From NCBI RefSeq assembly GCF_009914755.1, contig NC_060928.1: a stretch of DNA of 64,000 bases; one strand, written 5' to 3'. The DNA comes from the human T2T-CHM13v2.0 reference genome, Homo sapiens. The notes under the pieces were generated by a model. The model made no database searches and was not told the DNA's origin. It saw only the letters and a list, made by a program, of their open reading frames with translations. The position numbers and the translations under genes were made by a program. Numbering within the stretch: position 1 is the first letter of the stretch; each line of letters begins with the position of its first letter. Positions 15,046 to 31,139 of this stretch are shown piece after piece.

Positions 15046-15301
15046 GTGAGAACGCGGCGGCCGCCTGCCCTTGGCCGGATTTCTGCCTCGCAGGCTGCGT
15101 CTTCCCCTGTCCCCCCACCTCCTTCCTGACACAGTTCGCCCCGAGCACCCCACTTCTTGCATCAGGACCCCCAACTTCCAAAGGCATCCCACCTCCGAGT
15201 CTTTTACTCCGCCTATCCTGGTTTTATTTTTCCCTCTCCTTGACATTCTGCTCCTTAACTCTTCCCTCCCCATGACTGACCTTTCCCACTATGTTGCCCA
15301 G

Positions 15302-15303
<2 letters not shown>

Positions 15304-15355
<52 letters not shown>

Positions 15356-15410
15356 CAGAGAGAGAGAGAGAGAGAGTGTGTGTGTGTGTGTGTATGTGTG
15401 TGAATGTGTG
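15304..15410. repeat. Compound (GA)n(GT)n microsatellite
   Basis: ~72 bp interrupted GA tract followed directly by ~35 bp GT tract. Confidence 0.97.
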
Positions 15411-18400
15411 AATTCTCTAGCTTTCCCTCTCCCCAGCCGCCCTCCGTGGCCTCTGAATCTCAGGGGATGGAGTCTCATCTCCCCTCGGGCAGCGACTCTT
15501 GCTCCCTCTGACTCCAGATCCGTTCCTCCCCTTGCAAGTGACCCTTGGAGTTCAGTGGTGTTTGAAAGGTATAGGAGGAAACCTGTACGGTTGTGCTAAA
15601 GACAAATCCATGCTGACCTTCAGTAAAACATTGAGGTGTTTGTATGTTTACTGTTTTGCTTTTATTTTTTAAAGGATACTGCTTTCAATTGAAGGGAAAA
15701 AAAGTTGAATAGCTAAGTTAGTGCTTTTAGTTTAAATTGCAGACATAGCTGCAGAGCAGGCATGTTCCAGTACACCCTCGGGAAGGGCACCCTGCGGATT
15801 CTTTTGGTGTTGCACAACCTTGTCAAAATTAGATAAGTTTGTTAACCTTTATACATTTGTTTACCTGCAGGCTTACTCTTCTCTTACTTATAGCGGCTGA
15901 TAGGGTTGGATTTGGTTGTCTCAAGTTTTACTGGAGAGGGGGAAATTTTATAAAAATGTGGTAGCTTAATTTTCTCCGCCTTTAGTTGCTGACTGGATAA
16001 TGACGCATATTCCTAAGCGTTGGGATGGTGACTATAGGAGATCCTGCCTGCCAACCCTCTTAAGACAAATAAGCCCTCCTGATCCTTGGGACCATCAGAC
16101 ATTTAGGATCTAATGCTTGAAAGTGTTGCTTCGCTTGTTAGATGTTGGATGCCATCTGTTCAAATCCAAATGCTCTCCTTCTCTGATGTTGATTATTATT
16201 TACTGTGGGGAGAGCATAATAAAATAGACTCTTCCCCTGGCTGCCTTTGGACAAGCCCCAAGAGTGGCACCTGGTACCGTTTTTGATTTTTCATTTTCCT
16301 TGATGGAGCTGTCACATCTGGGAGATCATGGATAGATTGCACATATTTATCAAACGTGTGGAAGATGGCTGTAATTTTACAAGAAAATTTATCTGTCTCC
16401 AGAAAGTTCCCATTCTAAAAGACTATTTTTATCCCAACAAGGAATGTCCTGCATTGATCTTGTTCTTCTCTTGGTGTTGCACACGCTGCCTTTCCTATGC
16501 CTTTCTCATCTATTTGTTTTAAAATGGTCAGTTGGATCAGTCTTCTGCATCTGAAAATGCACATTCCCTGTCTCAGTGTGAAGGAAAAGCAGATTTCAGT
16601 GAGATATTTCATTTCCTTTCAAGAATATTGTTTTAAGTGCCAAGTGAAATTACGCATGCTGAGAATATTAGAACCTAGCAAGGCTGGTCAGAAAATGATG
16701 TCAGAGGCCTTTGGTGGAAATTAGAGAAGGGGGAAGTGGTGCATTTGGTTGATTAGTTAGAAGAATAACAATGACTAAAACCTACTATCAGGTTGGGGGG
16801 CGGGTCACCAAACAAGACTAGAAGAGACAAAACCTCCACTGTGACTGTGGGCCCACTGTGCCAAATAAATGAACTGTTAAACTTTCCTGTTCCCCTGCCA
16901 GTTGTGTAGAATAGAGTAAAAACTGACCCAACACAGAACTTGGCCTGGGCCAGCTACTACTAACCCACGACATGAAAGCTTTATTGACAGTCGGAAGGCA
17001 GCCCATTTGCCCTACCAAACCTTCATAGAAAAAGTAAACATAAGGAAACCTACCAAACATTTCAAACATTCCTAAGTGTCAGCCCTATTAACTTTGATGT
17101 TCGTTTGGTTATTACTACAAATCCCCACGTTTATTTCTTTTCAAGAGAAAGTTGTTCGAAATGTGAACGTTTTCCATCTTTACCTGACTGGCCAGGAGTA
17201 ATCTTATAAAAATTTGAAATTTACTCAAAAATTATAAAAAAAAAAGTTTTTGTAGAAGGTACTTTTTATGTTAAGAATGCTTTGTTAATGGAACGCTGGA
17301 AGATTTTCCATACAGCCTTGTCTTATAAATGTTTGTGAGTTCGAATTTTATAATATTAGAAAAGCAACCATGTTAAATAAGCTTGATATCATGAACAGAA
17401 GGACAGGAATTAGGAAAGTTTTGCTGTTTTGCTTCCTTCTGTTTCTGAGGATAGACTCGATAAAGGAGTTTGCATGATTCTCGTTATAGGCAAAAGGAAA
17501 AGAATTGGGGAACATATGTAATTTTTTTTCCTGCTGTTCATTTCTGTTTGTTTTTTAAAGGCTTGCTGGCCTCATTCATTTCCCAAGCTCCGTGAAAACA
17601 TAGTTTTGTATTTAGGTCAATCAATTGCCTAGAAGTAATCCTGATGTCATTGGTGTAACCTAAGAAGTTGGCTAGAAGAGAATCTAGGGGTGGGAAGAGT
17701 ACCAGGAACTTTCATAAATTGGGAGCTTTTCATGTCCACCTGCACAATGGAAACGCATTTCAGTTATATCTTTAGAGAGGGGGAATAGTAAGGAGAAATA
17801 CCAAAAAAATTATCATCTAAGTTTTAGCCAGGTTATACATACTCAGTTTCAAGAGACTATCACTATTTCACCTGATATTGTGAGAGGAGGAGGAAAACTC
17901 TAATCCAATGTGTGTCCCATATTGTGTGTCTGGAAACCTGGCTGAGTTCTAGTCAATGGGGCATTGTATTCTAAATAACAAACTTCCTTGAAAATAATGA
18001 GCCCTGAAAACATTCTACTGATATTTTTCAGTGCACCTCTGTTGAAAAACAGGACTCTTAAGTAATTGCTTTATTTAACCATTTGGGTTTATGTCTTTAA
18101 TCACTTAAATGAGAAGCTTGGTCACCAAGGCAATTTGGTGAAGTAAAAGATGTAAATAAATTACAAACAGCTTTTATCCCCCAAGGCTTATACAATAAAA
18201 TGGTTTTTCTAAACCATTTTGTTAACTTGTTGAGTTCAGGCCCTTTGAAATTGCTTCTGTAGAGTGTCTAAATGCATACCATTTTCAGTTTTTCAGGTGA
18301 AACATCTATTGCAAAACTGTTTCTTCTCTTTAAAGACCTAATGTAATGCATTTTTAGCTAGTTGTAAAAGTTACTGTTAAAAATGTTATGTGTAAAATAA

Positions 18401-19584
18401 CCCCCACCCCATCTCCTCCTAGTTAATAATCTTACTTTTTTTTGGGCTATTACAACTTTTGATATAAGTACTAACTCATTGATGTGTTATAAAGAATACA
18501 GGACTTAATTCATTGCTAAGTACTTGGTAGAATTCATCATGAGTCATAATGAGAGGGCTGAAAAAAGTAACTTTAGCTCAGAGAACTGTAAATTATGAGA
18601 AACGGCATGAAAGAATATCTCTGACAAATATTTAACTTTCAAATCTAATGGAAGAATTGTGTCTGTTATAGTTAAATTTTCCATTTGAGTTTCTTTTTAC
18701 CATTGCTTATAAGCAGACTCATATTTGTCAGCTTATACTCTCATTATATTTTAGCCCATTTTGGGGCTCTAGTAATATTTGTTTCTTAAATAGTTTTTGT
18801 TCATAGAATACAACTAAACTATCTGTATGCCATTTAAAAAGCATGTCTCATAAAGAAATGATTGGCCACAAGCAGTTAGATTTCATAACAATGACATTTG
18901 AATTTCTTGGTACAGAAATACATTTATAACTGAAATATTAGCTTCAAACTCTATTGGTATGTGACTTTGAACAAATGAGGAATTAAATTTATGATAAAAA
19001 TATTAACATTCCTTGCAATATTGATAGAACCTTAGTCGCCTTCAAATAACCCTTTAAACATTTAGTAATTAACAGTTCCATAATTAGCTTTGCATATCTT
19101 GGCTAAGGTTCAAAATGAAAATCTCTCCAACTGCAGTGCTTTATGCAGATACTCGTTTAATGCAGTCGCAGTCATTCCCAAATGCTGGAATTTCACAGAA
19201 CTTTCTTTTTTTTTTTTTTTTTTTTTTTAAGGAGAAGATGACCACCTTGGTTTTTCTCTCAAGAAGGAACATAAAATAAAAACAAAACTAGTTATAACTT
19301 CTTATCACTATCATTTAATCTCACTGTTTTTAAGAAAGGAAGGATGCAGTGTTATTCTAAAGCTCAGTTTTGAAAGAAAATATTGTTTGCGTCATAAGAA
19401 AATTCACTGCATTTTTTCATTTAAATTTTACTTTGGACCTGAAAAAAACTTATTTGGGTAGATTTTGGATGATTTAAAGAATCACAATAAGGTCTTTCTT
19501 TGGTGATATTTGATGAGATGGGGTGCTTTCAGGATGGTATGGCGATAGACAATGTTTGGTAAGAGAGCGAGATATATATATTTG

Positions 19585-19840
19585 GAATAGGGTCTTGCTT
19601 TGTTGCCCGGGCTCACTGCAGCCTCTATCTCCCAGACTCAAATGATCCTCCTGCGTCAGCCTCGAGTAACTGGGTCTACAGGCTTATGTCACTGTGCCTG
19701 GCTAATTTAAAAAATTTTTTGTAGAGATGAGGGTCTCGCTTTGTTGCCTAGACTGGTCATGAAGTCCTGGGCAGAAGTGATCCTCCTGCTTCAGCCTCCC
19801 AAAGTGCTGGGATTACAGGTGTGAACCACTGCACCTGGTC
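19585..19840 (-). mobile_element. Alu (AluJ-like) with internal deletion
   Basis: TGTTGCCCGGGCTCACTGCAG junction lacks the GGAGTGCAGTGG segment. Confidence 0.8.
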
Positions 19841-20029
19841 CATTGGTGATAATTTGAAATTCAAGTTGCATAAAATTATAATGGGATGCGCCTCAGATAT
19901 AAATGGACTATCCGAAATAATGATATGATAACCTTCTAGAAATAAAAACTCTGATTTTGCTTGATTCATATGAAAACTTAATGAGAAAAAAAGTATTCCT
20001 TCTTTGTAAATTTTATATGGAAGTAACTT

Positions 20030-20155
20030 TGGCCAGGAGTGGTGACACATACCTGTAATCCCAGCACTTTGGGAGGCTGAGGTGGGAGGATCTCTTGAAG
20101 CCCAGGTGTTCAAGACCAGCCTGGGCATCATAGCAAGGCCCCGTTTCTATTTAAA
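20030..20155 (+). mobile_element. Alu left monomer (FLAM-like)
   Basis: GGCCAGGAGTGGTGACACATACCTGTAATCCCAGCAC..., single arm. Confidence 0.8.
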
Positions 20156-21127
20156 AGAAAGGTAAATTTGATTTAGACTTAGGAGATATGGAAACCACTG
20201 AAAATCGTTGGTCCTTGATAATCCGTATTTTATGGGGTATTCCTTCTCTTCACTCCATTTTTGGTAACAATTTCCTCGTCGGTAAAATGGATAATAGCTG
20301 TCTGAGGTTTTGTGGATTAAGTGAAAGTACATTATTTAGTGTAATGCCTAATGTTAGTCCTCTTTATAGCATATTTTATACAATTTCTATTATTTAACAG
20401 GCCTTGGGAATTCAAAGATGAAATGTGTGTCCCTCAAGTAACTCACTAATCTATTGTTATAAGTAGATTGTAATTCATGAGTGCTGTAACAGCTATCCTA
20501 TGACAGCACTGAAGAGGATGTGGACTTCCTAGATGAATATGTATTGAGTTGTAGGGGAGTAAGAATTCACCTACCAGTGAACTAGTGGACCTGAAGTGGT
20601 ATTCCAGATTGACCTACTGTCATATGAGTAGCACACCTGGTAAGACAACATGTGCAGCTCTTTGTTCAGTGTGCTGGGAACCAGGGGACTGAGGAGGGGG
20701 TAAGGAATGATTACTGGCATTTAGAAGCTCATGGTTTGTGAGGGTAGTGAGGAGACCAAGAGTTCTGTTAAAGACTGATGTTCATTTTCCTGGCTTGAGA
20801 TGGCTGGGAAGCTGAATTACACAGTGGTGATGGATTAGAAATATTGCAGGAGTAGAATCTGCTGGACAGGCTGGCTGAATGTGTGCACGTTTTATATCTC
20901 ATTATAGTAAAACTGTGTTTGAATCATACCAGTGCAGCCTAATTATGGCACAGGATGATCATGGATATTTCATAGTTCATAGGAAAAAATCCAAGTTGTT
21001 GAATATAGTTTTCTTGATTTTTAAGGTTTCTCACACTATTTTTTTCCCTTAAACATTAATGTCTTCTACTACATGTACATTCTGGGAATCTAGTTTGAAA
21101 TATCTGGTTAATCATATAGTTAAACTA

Positions 21128-21420
<293 letters not shown>

Positions 21421-22589
21421 ACCATCATGTAGTTGTACTAAATATATTTCTTAATCTGTAATGATAATGTGATTTCCAAGCATTTCATCATTTGGAAGAG
21501 TTGGAGAACTTCTGAATTTAAGCAGGCAAAAATGAACTTATTTATATAAAAACTCAAAATTGACTTGTGACGACACAATGTAATGATGGCATTGAGTCTT
21601 TGAGAACAGTTTTTTACTCCTTTATACCATTTTTTGTTTAGATAAATTAATTGATGTTGGTAAATTAGGAGAAGCAATCTGTAGTACATATAATTGATCT
21701 TGTAACTTTATCAGAGCTAGAATATATATTTATGTATTTATATAGTTAAAACTATGTTCAAGTGATTATGTCAGTCATTGTAGGAAGAAAAATAAGTTTA
21801 TTGCCGCATTATTTTGACTTCTAGAATTTTTATCTTTTCAGGAAAAAAAAAAACCACCCTTGTTTTCACATGCAAAATCGCCACTACCTACTGAATTTTA
21901 AGAAGCGTGTGTTTCTTGCTGTATTCAGCTGTTTCCTTTTTCCCTCCAGTCTGTGAAAGAATTTACCCTTGGTGCGGTGGTGGTGGGGTTATTGGTTTTT
22001 GTGGAGGAAACAACTTGGTCCTTGGATTTTAAGTTGTCCTGGCTCCACCTCTTCTGTGCTTTCATATCCATTATGTATAAGAAGTGTTTTGGGAGAGTTA
22101 GTGTCAGTGACTTGAAGAGGAACTTTGTTTTGTCATTGGAACTAAACTTGTCTTCCGCTGGCTGTTGTTTCTCATTGCTTGCCTTCCACAGGTTGAAAAT
22201 AATGGACTGTGGAGCTTTAGAATTAAAATAAGTGAATAAAAATGTACATTTCGCTGCCATTTGCAGTTTAGTTGACAAACCGACACAGTGTAATATCTGC
22301 CCCTTGGCACCTTTCTGTTCTTCTCTAGCTCATGGTATTTGTTTTCACCCAACATAAAAACGGAGAAGAAAGGTAGAGAACACTGAACGAGAATTAATCA
22401 TTAGGTCATTCTGGGGAGGTCTGATAGTAACTTTCTTAGAAGCCAACAATCAGTGGATCTGAGAGGTTTATGGTACTATGGTGATTATCTGATTTCTCCT
22501 GAAAATTCATTCTAGAGTTAAGACTCATTATCTTTTAAAATGTATTTTATTTTTTAATGACCAGTCTTCAGTGGAATCATTATCTTTCT

Positions 22590-24200
22590 TAAACTTTTTA
22601 GCTTAAGATAAATGTAGATTCACATACAATTGTAGGAAATAATGGGGAGAGATCCTGTGTGTACCCTTTAACCGGTTTCTCCCATTAGTAATAGCTTATA
22701 AAACTGTAGTGTAATATCACAATCAGGATATTGACATCAGTGCAATCAAGAAACAAAGCAATTCCAGCACCACAAATGGTTCTTGTTGGACTTTTATAGC
22801 CACAGTCACTCCCCCACCCCACCTCTGGGGATCACTAATCTGTTCCATTTCTATAACTTTGTCATTTCAAAAATGTTATTAATTGGAATCGTACAGTATA
22901 TGGCCTTTGGAGATTGACTCCCCTCCCCCTGCGCAGCATCATTAAGGCTTATTACCTTTTGGTTAAAATGAATTTCTGTTGTTAGTGAATAGTTTGGCCT
23001 TGTGCTTCTAAAATACCAATAATGTCTGAGGATTGGGGGGTTGGTGGTAAAAGGTGAGATGGGTTTAATAGTGACAATGAAGAGAAAGTTCTGTGATAAT
23101 GCGTATAAATATAGAGCAAAGAGCATAAGGTCTTGGATGAGCAAGAGTTGTGATAGCATACCACATTTGGGAGATTTTGATATATGTATTTCCTTTTCAT
23201 ATTTTTTTTTTGTCATAATGGAAGTAGTAAGGTTAGCCTTAGCCTTCATATTCTCCAACTGAAATTTAAAAAATAAAATCAGAAGGAAGTCTAATGACTG
23301 TATATACAAAAGGGAGTCCCAATGGCCAAATTTGGGACAGTTTGAGAAGCAAATCATGACAGTAACGGACTATAACCCCTAGGGAAGAAAGTATCCATGA
23401 GCCCATACTGATATAAGTAAGTAGTTGAATAAATAAATAAAAGCAGGAGAAGAGACACCTCTTTGTTATAGAATTCTAATTAGAAAATGAAGGAATGATG
23501 GAAATAGAAAATCACCAGCAGGTAAACACCATAGTAGCAATTGTTACAGGCAGGAATCATCAATGGATGCCAAAATTAGTGGGTGAAGGTATGATGAAAA
23601 ATATCATCATAGATCAGTATCATCAGGATATTTGCATAGTCTCAAAATATCTCCCCCACAAAATTAATTAACTATAAAGGAAAAAATCAATACTTAATAG
23701 TGAAGAAAACTGGTAATATCAAATTAACCAGATCATCAAAGTTAATATCATTAGTAATAAGACATGTCAACATCATGTGTCTGCTGATATAATGTATTGA
23801 GAAAGAGATATCTCTGGTATTCTTAACTAAAAATCAACCTAAGTGGAGCAAATATCAGATAGACTCAAATTTAAGGACATTTTACAAAATAACTGGCCAG
23901 TATTCCCTGAAAGTATTGAGGGTGTGGAAGATGAAGAAATGCCCAAGAACTGCCACACATTGGAAGAAACTAAGGACATGTGATAACCAAATGTAATGTA
24001 GGATTCTGGAATTGATCCTGGACAAGAACAACAACAAAAAAACATTATTAGGATGACTGATGAAATTTGAATATTTAGATAACTTTACCACAATTATTGT
24101 AGATGCTAAATTACGGGAAGCTGGGTAAACAGGGGATCTTTGACCCGTTTTTTAAATAACCTTTTTTACTCTAAAATTATTTAAAAATTCAAAGTTAAAA
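22590..24200. mobile_element. Ancient L1M fragments
   Basis: L1M 3' UTR-like segments at ~22590-22950 and ~23290-24200 (GACTCAAATTTAAGGACATTTTACAAAATAACTGGCCAGTA). Confidence 0.55.
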
Positions 24201-24280
24201 AAAGGAAGCATAGCTTTTGAAGTTTTTTTTGTGAACCTGAAAAGGGGATACCAAATTATTACTTTTTAAGACATCTTTTA

Positions 24281-24607
<327 letters not shown>

Positions 24608-24774
24608 TTACTCTTAATGAAGAGCCTAGTACCTTTTAAGTGAATATTTTGTATGTATTGAACCACTAGTAAAATGGTTGAGGCAGTATATTTATTAGTT
24701 GGGGAAACTTGAAAGCACACACACACATAATAGCTAATAAATAAATGGATGAGAAGAGATAAAATAGTAACGTT

Positions 24775-25358
24775 TATTTTATTTTATTTATTTTTGCAAC
24801 AGGATCTCACTGTGTCACCCAGGCTGGAGTGCAGTGACATGATCATGGCTCACTGCAGCCTCGTCCTGGGCTCAAGGATCCTCGCACCTTAGGCTCCTGA
24901 GTAGCTGGGACCGCAGGCATGCACCATCATACCTGGCTAATTTTTTTTTTTTTTTTTTCTTTGAGATGGAGAATGCAGTGGCACGATCTCAGCCATTCCC
25001 AGCAACCTCCGCCTGCTGGGTTCAAGTGATTCTCCTGCCTCAGCCTCCTAAGTAGCTGGGATTACAGGTGCACACCACCATGCCCAGCTAATTTTTGTAT
25101 TTTTAGTAGAGACAGGGTTTCACCATGTTGGTCAGGCTGGTCTCGAACTCCTGACCTCGTGATCCGCCCACTGCAGCCTCCCAAAGTGCTGGGATTACAG
25201 GCGTGAGCCACTGCGCCCGGCCCTAATTTTTGCATTTTTTTAGATCTGTGTCTTGCTATTTAGCCCAGGCTGGTCTTGAACTCCTGGGCTCAAGCGATCT
25301 TCTCCTCTCGGCCTCCCAAAGTGCTGGGATTATAGGTGTGAGCCACCTTGCTTGGCCA
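24775..25358 (-). mobile_element. Nested Alus: AluS-like copy (~24941-25222) inside the linker of an AluJ-like host
   Basis: Host right arm, inner dimer, then host left arm; CTAATTTTT on both sides of the inner copy. Confidence 0.85.
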
Positions 25359-26485
25359 GAATTTTAACAATTTATTCACCTTTATTCCTACCTGAATTTT
25401 GTTGATATTCCCAAGATGGAGTGTATTTTATCAGTGTTTAATGTTTCGTGATTCTGAATTTAAGTAGATCACAATATTTGTTATAAGAAAAATTGTAGGA
25501 AATAGAATATTCCATGTATGTTAAGCAAAATAGAAAAATTGTGGTAGTAGCTTAAGGAAGTCAATCCCAATGAAATTTAAATTGTAGATTCTCTCTTCCC
25601 CACTTTTTTCTTTCCTGTGACCTTAAAAATTCTTTAAATGGTTACTTTTGGTAGGAGTGAGGGGGTGGAAGGGGAGGGAAGGGAATGAATGGCAAGGGTG
25701 TGTTTAAAAAGTCTAGTCAGAGGCACTGTTACAGCTATGGATAATAGTGTTATCTAAGCTGAGTGTATTGAATACTTTCATCTAGATGTCTTAAAAGGAC
25801 TTTAGTAGGATATAAAAAGAAAATAAAAAGGAATTTTAAAAATCAAATTAAGGCAAACAATCTCTACACATTTTCCCCCTTGTATCTATGCCTTTACATT
25901 TAGGTTATAAAGTCAGCCCCCCTCCCCAGTCCCACGGATTAGCCAACTATCTTTCCGTTTTTGATTTTTTGGTAGTGAGTACTGGAGAATGAATGCTGTT
26001 TTTAATATTATGTATTTTTTTCATAACTGAAATTGGCGTTAGAAGATTGGATTAAAAAACATGAGACCTAACATTTTAGATAATTGTAAATATAGTGTAA
26101 GCAGGAAGATATTTACTATTTTCAATAATAAAGACATAAATCACTTGTTTTCTGTATTTTAAGAAACTTTTGCTGGTATTTGATATTTTAAATAATAAGT
26201 TGCATTTGAGGGCACAAATGAAAAAGAAAAGAGCAGGCCAGGTTTTGAAGTAACTAATTGTATAAAATAAAATGAAAAATGTGTAAACATACAGGTGTGG
26301 ACTAAACCTATTTGACATTCTTCCATGTATTCATATAGAAACTATTTGAATTCTGCAAAGCAATAAGTTTCTGATTTTTTTTTTTCCTCTAAGCTACTTC
26401 ATGCATTCTTACAAACTCCATTTCCTTTTAAACACAGTCAAATTTATTAGGGAATATTTGGTCAAATTGTTAAAAGTATTTCTCT

Positions 26486-27855
26486 GCTACCTGAGTTCAA
26501 ACTATACTACAAGGCTACAGTAACCAAAACAGCATGGTACTGGTACAAAAACAGACACATAGACCAATGGAACAGAATAGTGATCTCAGAAATAAGACCA
26601 CACACCTACAACCATCTGATCTTTGACAAACCTGACACAAAAACAAGCAATGGGGAGAGGATTCTCTATTTAATAAATGGTGCTGGGAAAACTGGCTAGC
26701 CATATGCAGAAAATTGAAACTGGGCACCTTCCTTACACCTCATACAAAAATTAACTCAAGATGGATTAAAGACTTAAATGTAAAACCCACAACTATAAAA
26801 ACCCTAGAAGAAAATCTAGGCAATACCATTCAGGACATAGGCACGGGCAAAGATTTTATGATGAAAACGTCAAAAGCAATTGCAGCAAAAGCAACAATTG
26901 ACAAATAGGATCTAATTAAACTAAAGAGCCTCTGCACAGCAAAAAAAACTATCATCAGAGTGAGCAGACAACCTATAGAATGGAGAAAATTTTTGCAATC
27001 TAGCCATCTGACAAAGGCCTAATATCCACAATCTACAAGGAACATAAACAAATTTAGAAGAAAAAAACAATCCCTTCAAAAAGTGGGCAAAGGACATGAA
27101 CAGACAATTCTCAAAAGAAGACATTCATTGCAGCCAACAAACATGGAAAAAAAGCTCAACATCACTGATGATTAGAGAAATGCAAATCAAAACCACAGTG
27201 ATATACCATCTCACGCCAGTCAGATGGCAGTTATTAAAAAGTCAGGAAACAACAGATGCTGGTGAGGCTGTGGAGAAATAGGAATGCATTTGTGGAAGTA
27301 TTTTGTGGAAGACGGTGTGGTGATTCCTCAAAGACCTAGAACCAGAAATATCATTTGACCCAGCAATCCCATTACTGGGTATATACCCAAAGGAATATAA
27401 ATAATTCTGTTATAAAGATACATGGAAGCATATGTTCATTGCAGCACTATTCACAATAGCAAAGACATGGAATCAATCCAAATGTCAATCGCTGATAGAC
27501 TGGATAAAGAAAATGTGATACATGTACACCATGGAATACTCTGTAGGCTGTGAGATCATGTCCTTTGCAGGGAGATGGATGGAGCTGGAAGCCATTATCC
27601 TCAGTAAACTAACACAAGAACAGAAAACCAAACACTGCATGTTCTCACTTACAAGTGGGAAGCTGAACAATGAGAACACATGGACACTGGGGCCTGTCAG
27701 TGTTGGGGGAGGGAGAGCATCAGGAAAAACAGCTAATGCATGCTGGGCTTAATAACTAGGTGATGGTTTGATGGGTGCAGCAAACCACCATGGCACACTG
27801 TTACCTATAACAAGCCTGCACATTCTGCACATGTATCCTGGAACTTAAAAATAAC
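26486..27855 (+). mobile_element. 5'-truncated L1PA element
   Basis: ORF2 remnant ([32 protein letters not shown]), 3' UTR; TSD AAAAGTATTT(C/A)TCT at 26472-26485 and 27856-27869; TT/AAAA endonuclease site. Confidence 0.95.
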
Positions 27856-28876
27856 AAAAGTATTTATCTAAGTTGTATCTTATAGTTATTGTATTGAAAA
27901 ATGGCTTCATCAAATTTATACATTTCTAAATGACTAGAAATGAGTTTTAAAAACTTGTGAGTTTAAAAAACTTGAAACATAGTATCATAAAATGCCAAGA
28001 GTTGAAATAAGGAGGAATTTGATAGCATTTCAATGTTTCTAATCTTCATTCATATCTGATCCCCATCCTGTTTTTGTGTAGCTGTGAGAAATTGAAGAGC
28101 AAGCTTTAGGGCAAACATTTTCTGTGTATCTGTTGCTTGGATTTGGGATACCACAAGCTTCATTTAGAGTCAGTGTGCTTAGAGCCCCAAAAGTTCTTTA
28201 TTCCCATATGTGGACCTCCTAACATAATCGTCATCTGAGACTTAAGTTGGAATGGGTGAGAATTCCTATCTTGATTCTATTTTCTCTGGTGTGGTTTAAA
28301 TCTACATCCCATAGTTAGAGAAAACTCTGTGGGAGGCAACATGCTAAAATCATTTCATTTTAAAAGTCCTTGTTCCTACTTTATATATTCTGCGATGGTT
28401 GGGTTTTTTTTTTTTCGTAGTTACAAATTCATATCTTTAATTTTAATTGTATGCATAGAATACTTGTTTTGAGTTTAGTGTATTTCCTTCATATAACCCA
28501 GTGGTTTTAATCTTGGTCTCTGTTGTCAAACAAACTGCTTTGTGGCCTTGGGCAGGTTACTTCACCTTAGTTTCAGGCTTTTTGATTTCACAGGCTTAAA
28601 ATTTCACAACACTGGGCATTGACATTTGTTCATCACCTATTTACTATACCAAGTAAGCATGTTTAATACAACATAAACTTGCTATCCACAAGCCTCATTT
28701 AAGAAAGGATATTTTACTGTCATAAAAATAGGAAGGTCATAGTTTCAGAATAAACAAATACAGCTTTGTTTTGCTATATTATGTTTTTTTTTTCAAGGAT
28801 TGATGAAATTTTCACCATGGGTGGGTATTGTAATATTACCAATCTCCTATAATTGTGAAGATTAAATACATTAATG

Positions 28877-29708
<832 letters not shown>

Positions 29709-30842
29709 TAAAGTTCTTAACACAGTCTCTGGCATTGAAGATTTAATAAATATTTACTCTTCTTATTACTGTTTTTCAGTAGTTGATATTCATTACTCTT
29801 TTACTTTTTCCCATAGATTAACTTTTCATCGTTGGTTTAATGACTGATTCACTAAAGTGATTTTAATATGTTGATTTGATAGACTTGATTTATAGTACAG
29901 ATTGTGTTAGGTTTGCAGGTTGCCAAGAACTGCAGATATAGGGGTTAACTCCAGGCTTATTTTTTTTATATACAAGAAAAATCTAAAGGTAGACAGTGCA
30001 GGGTTGGGTTGGTGCAGACGCTCAAGGATGTCATTTAAAGAAACTGGCTGAGTCTTCTATTTAGCAAGCAATGTTAGTCTTCAAAGCCACAAAATGGTAG
30101 TTGCCTCAATAATCAGGAAAGGAGAGGGGTGGGTGTTAAATCCTTTTCTTGGTGTTTTGTCTTTTTATTTTGAAGGAAAGCCCTCTCTAGATACTTATTG
30201 GCTAAGGCTGTGTCACATGGCTACTCTTGGCTGCAAAAGAGGCTGGAAATTTGAGTATTTTGCTTTTAAGCCTCGATAGTACAGAAAGATGAAGATTAAT
30301 GGGTGCTGTGAGCTGATGTATTTCTCCAATTTACTTTGCATAGGAGATAGATGATTGTAATAAGCTTATGCAGTGATTCTCAGGAGACCTCTTTGAAAGT
30401 CTTATTGAATTATAGAGTTATATTACTGTAGCTACGGTTATGGAATGCAGGTATATTCAACTTCTTGGTTCGCTTATTAGGTGTATGATTATTAATTTTT
30501 TGAACCTCAGTCTCATTTACAAATAGGGATAAAAATACTAGTGGGTGAGCATTACGTGTAAATATTATAAAACACTGTCTGTAATGTAAATATTATCATT
30601 TCTATGGTAGATGAGTTCTAAACATCCCATCTATTGATTTAAGGATATTGGCATATGATATTTTCTAAATTGGTTCCTTTTGTTTCAGATTTACTCTATT
30701 TAAAAAATTCCAGAAATGTATTTCATTTTTTTGGGTGCTCCAATTGTATGTACTGATATGTCTACTTGTAGTAATACTTTGTCATTTTTTTAGGACTTCA
30801 GTGTTTCATTTGTCATCACTCCCCAAAGCTGAATCATCATTT

Positions 30843-31139
<297 letters not shown>

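Larger units (their letters stand above)
13395..15100. promoter_or_regulatory. RAPGEF2: CpG island: RAPGEF2 promoter and first exon
   Basis: Abrupt GC- and CpG-rich block in an AT-rich background; GC boxes (GGGCGG, CCGCCC) at 13744-13795; initiator-like TCACTCATTCC at 13831. Confidence 0.92.

Noticed and set aside
13274-15273. Many long overlapping ORFs on both strands (up to 298 aa)
   Set aside because: Expected from stop-codon scarcity in a CpG island; low-complexity Pro/Arg/Gly/Ala translations with no recognisable domain
26486-27855. Segmental duplication of the L1 at 2213-3763
   Set aside because: Different 5' truncation points, distinct TSDs and many differences show independent insertions
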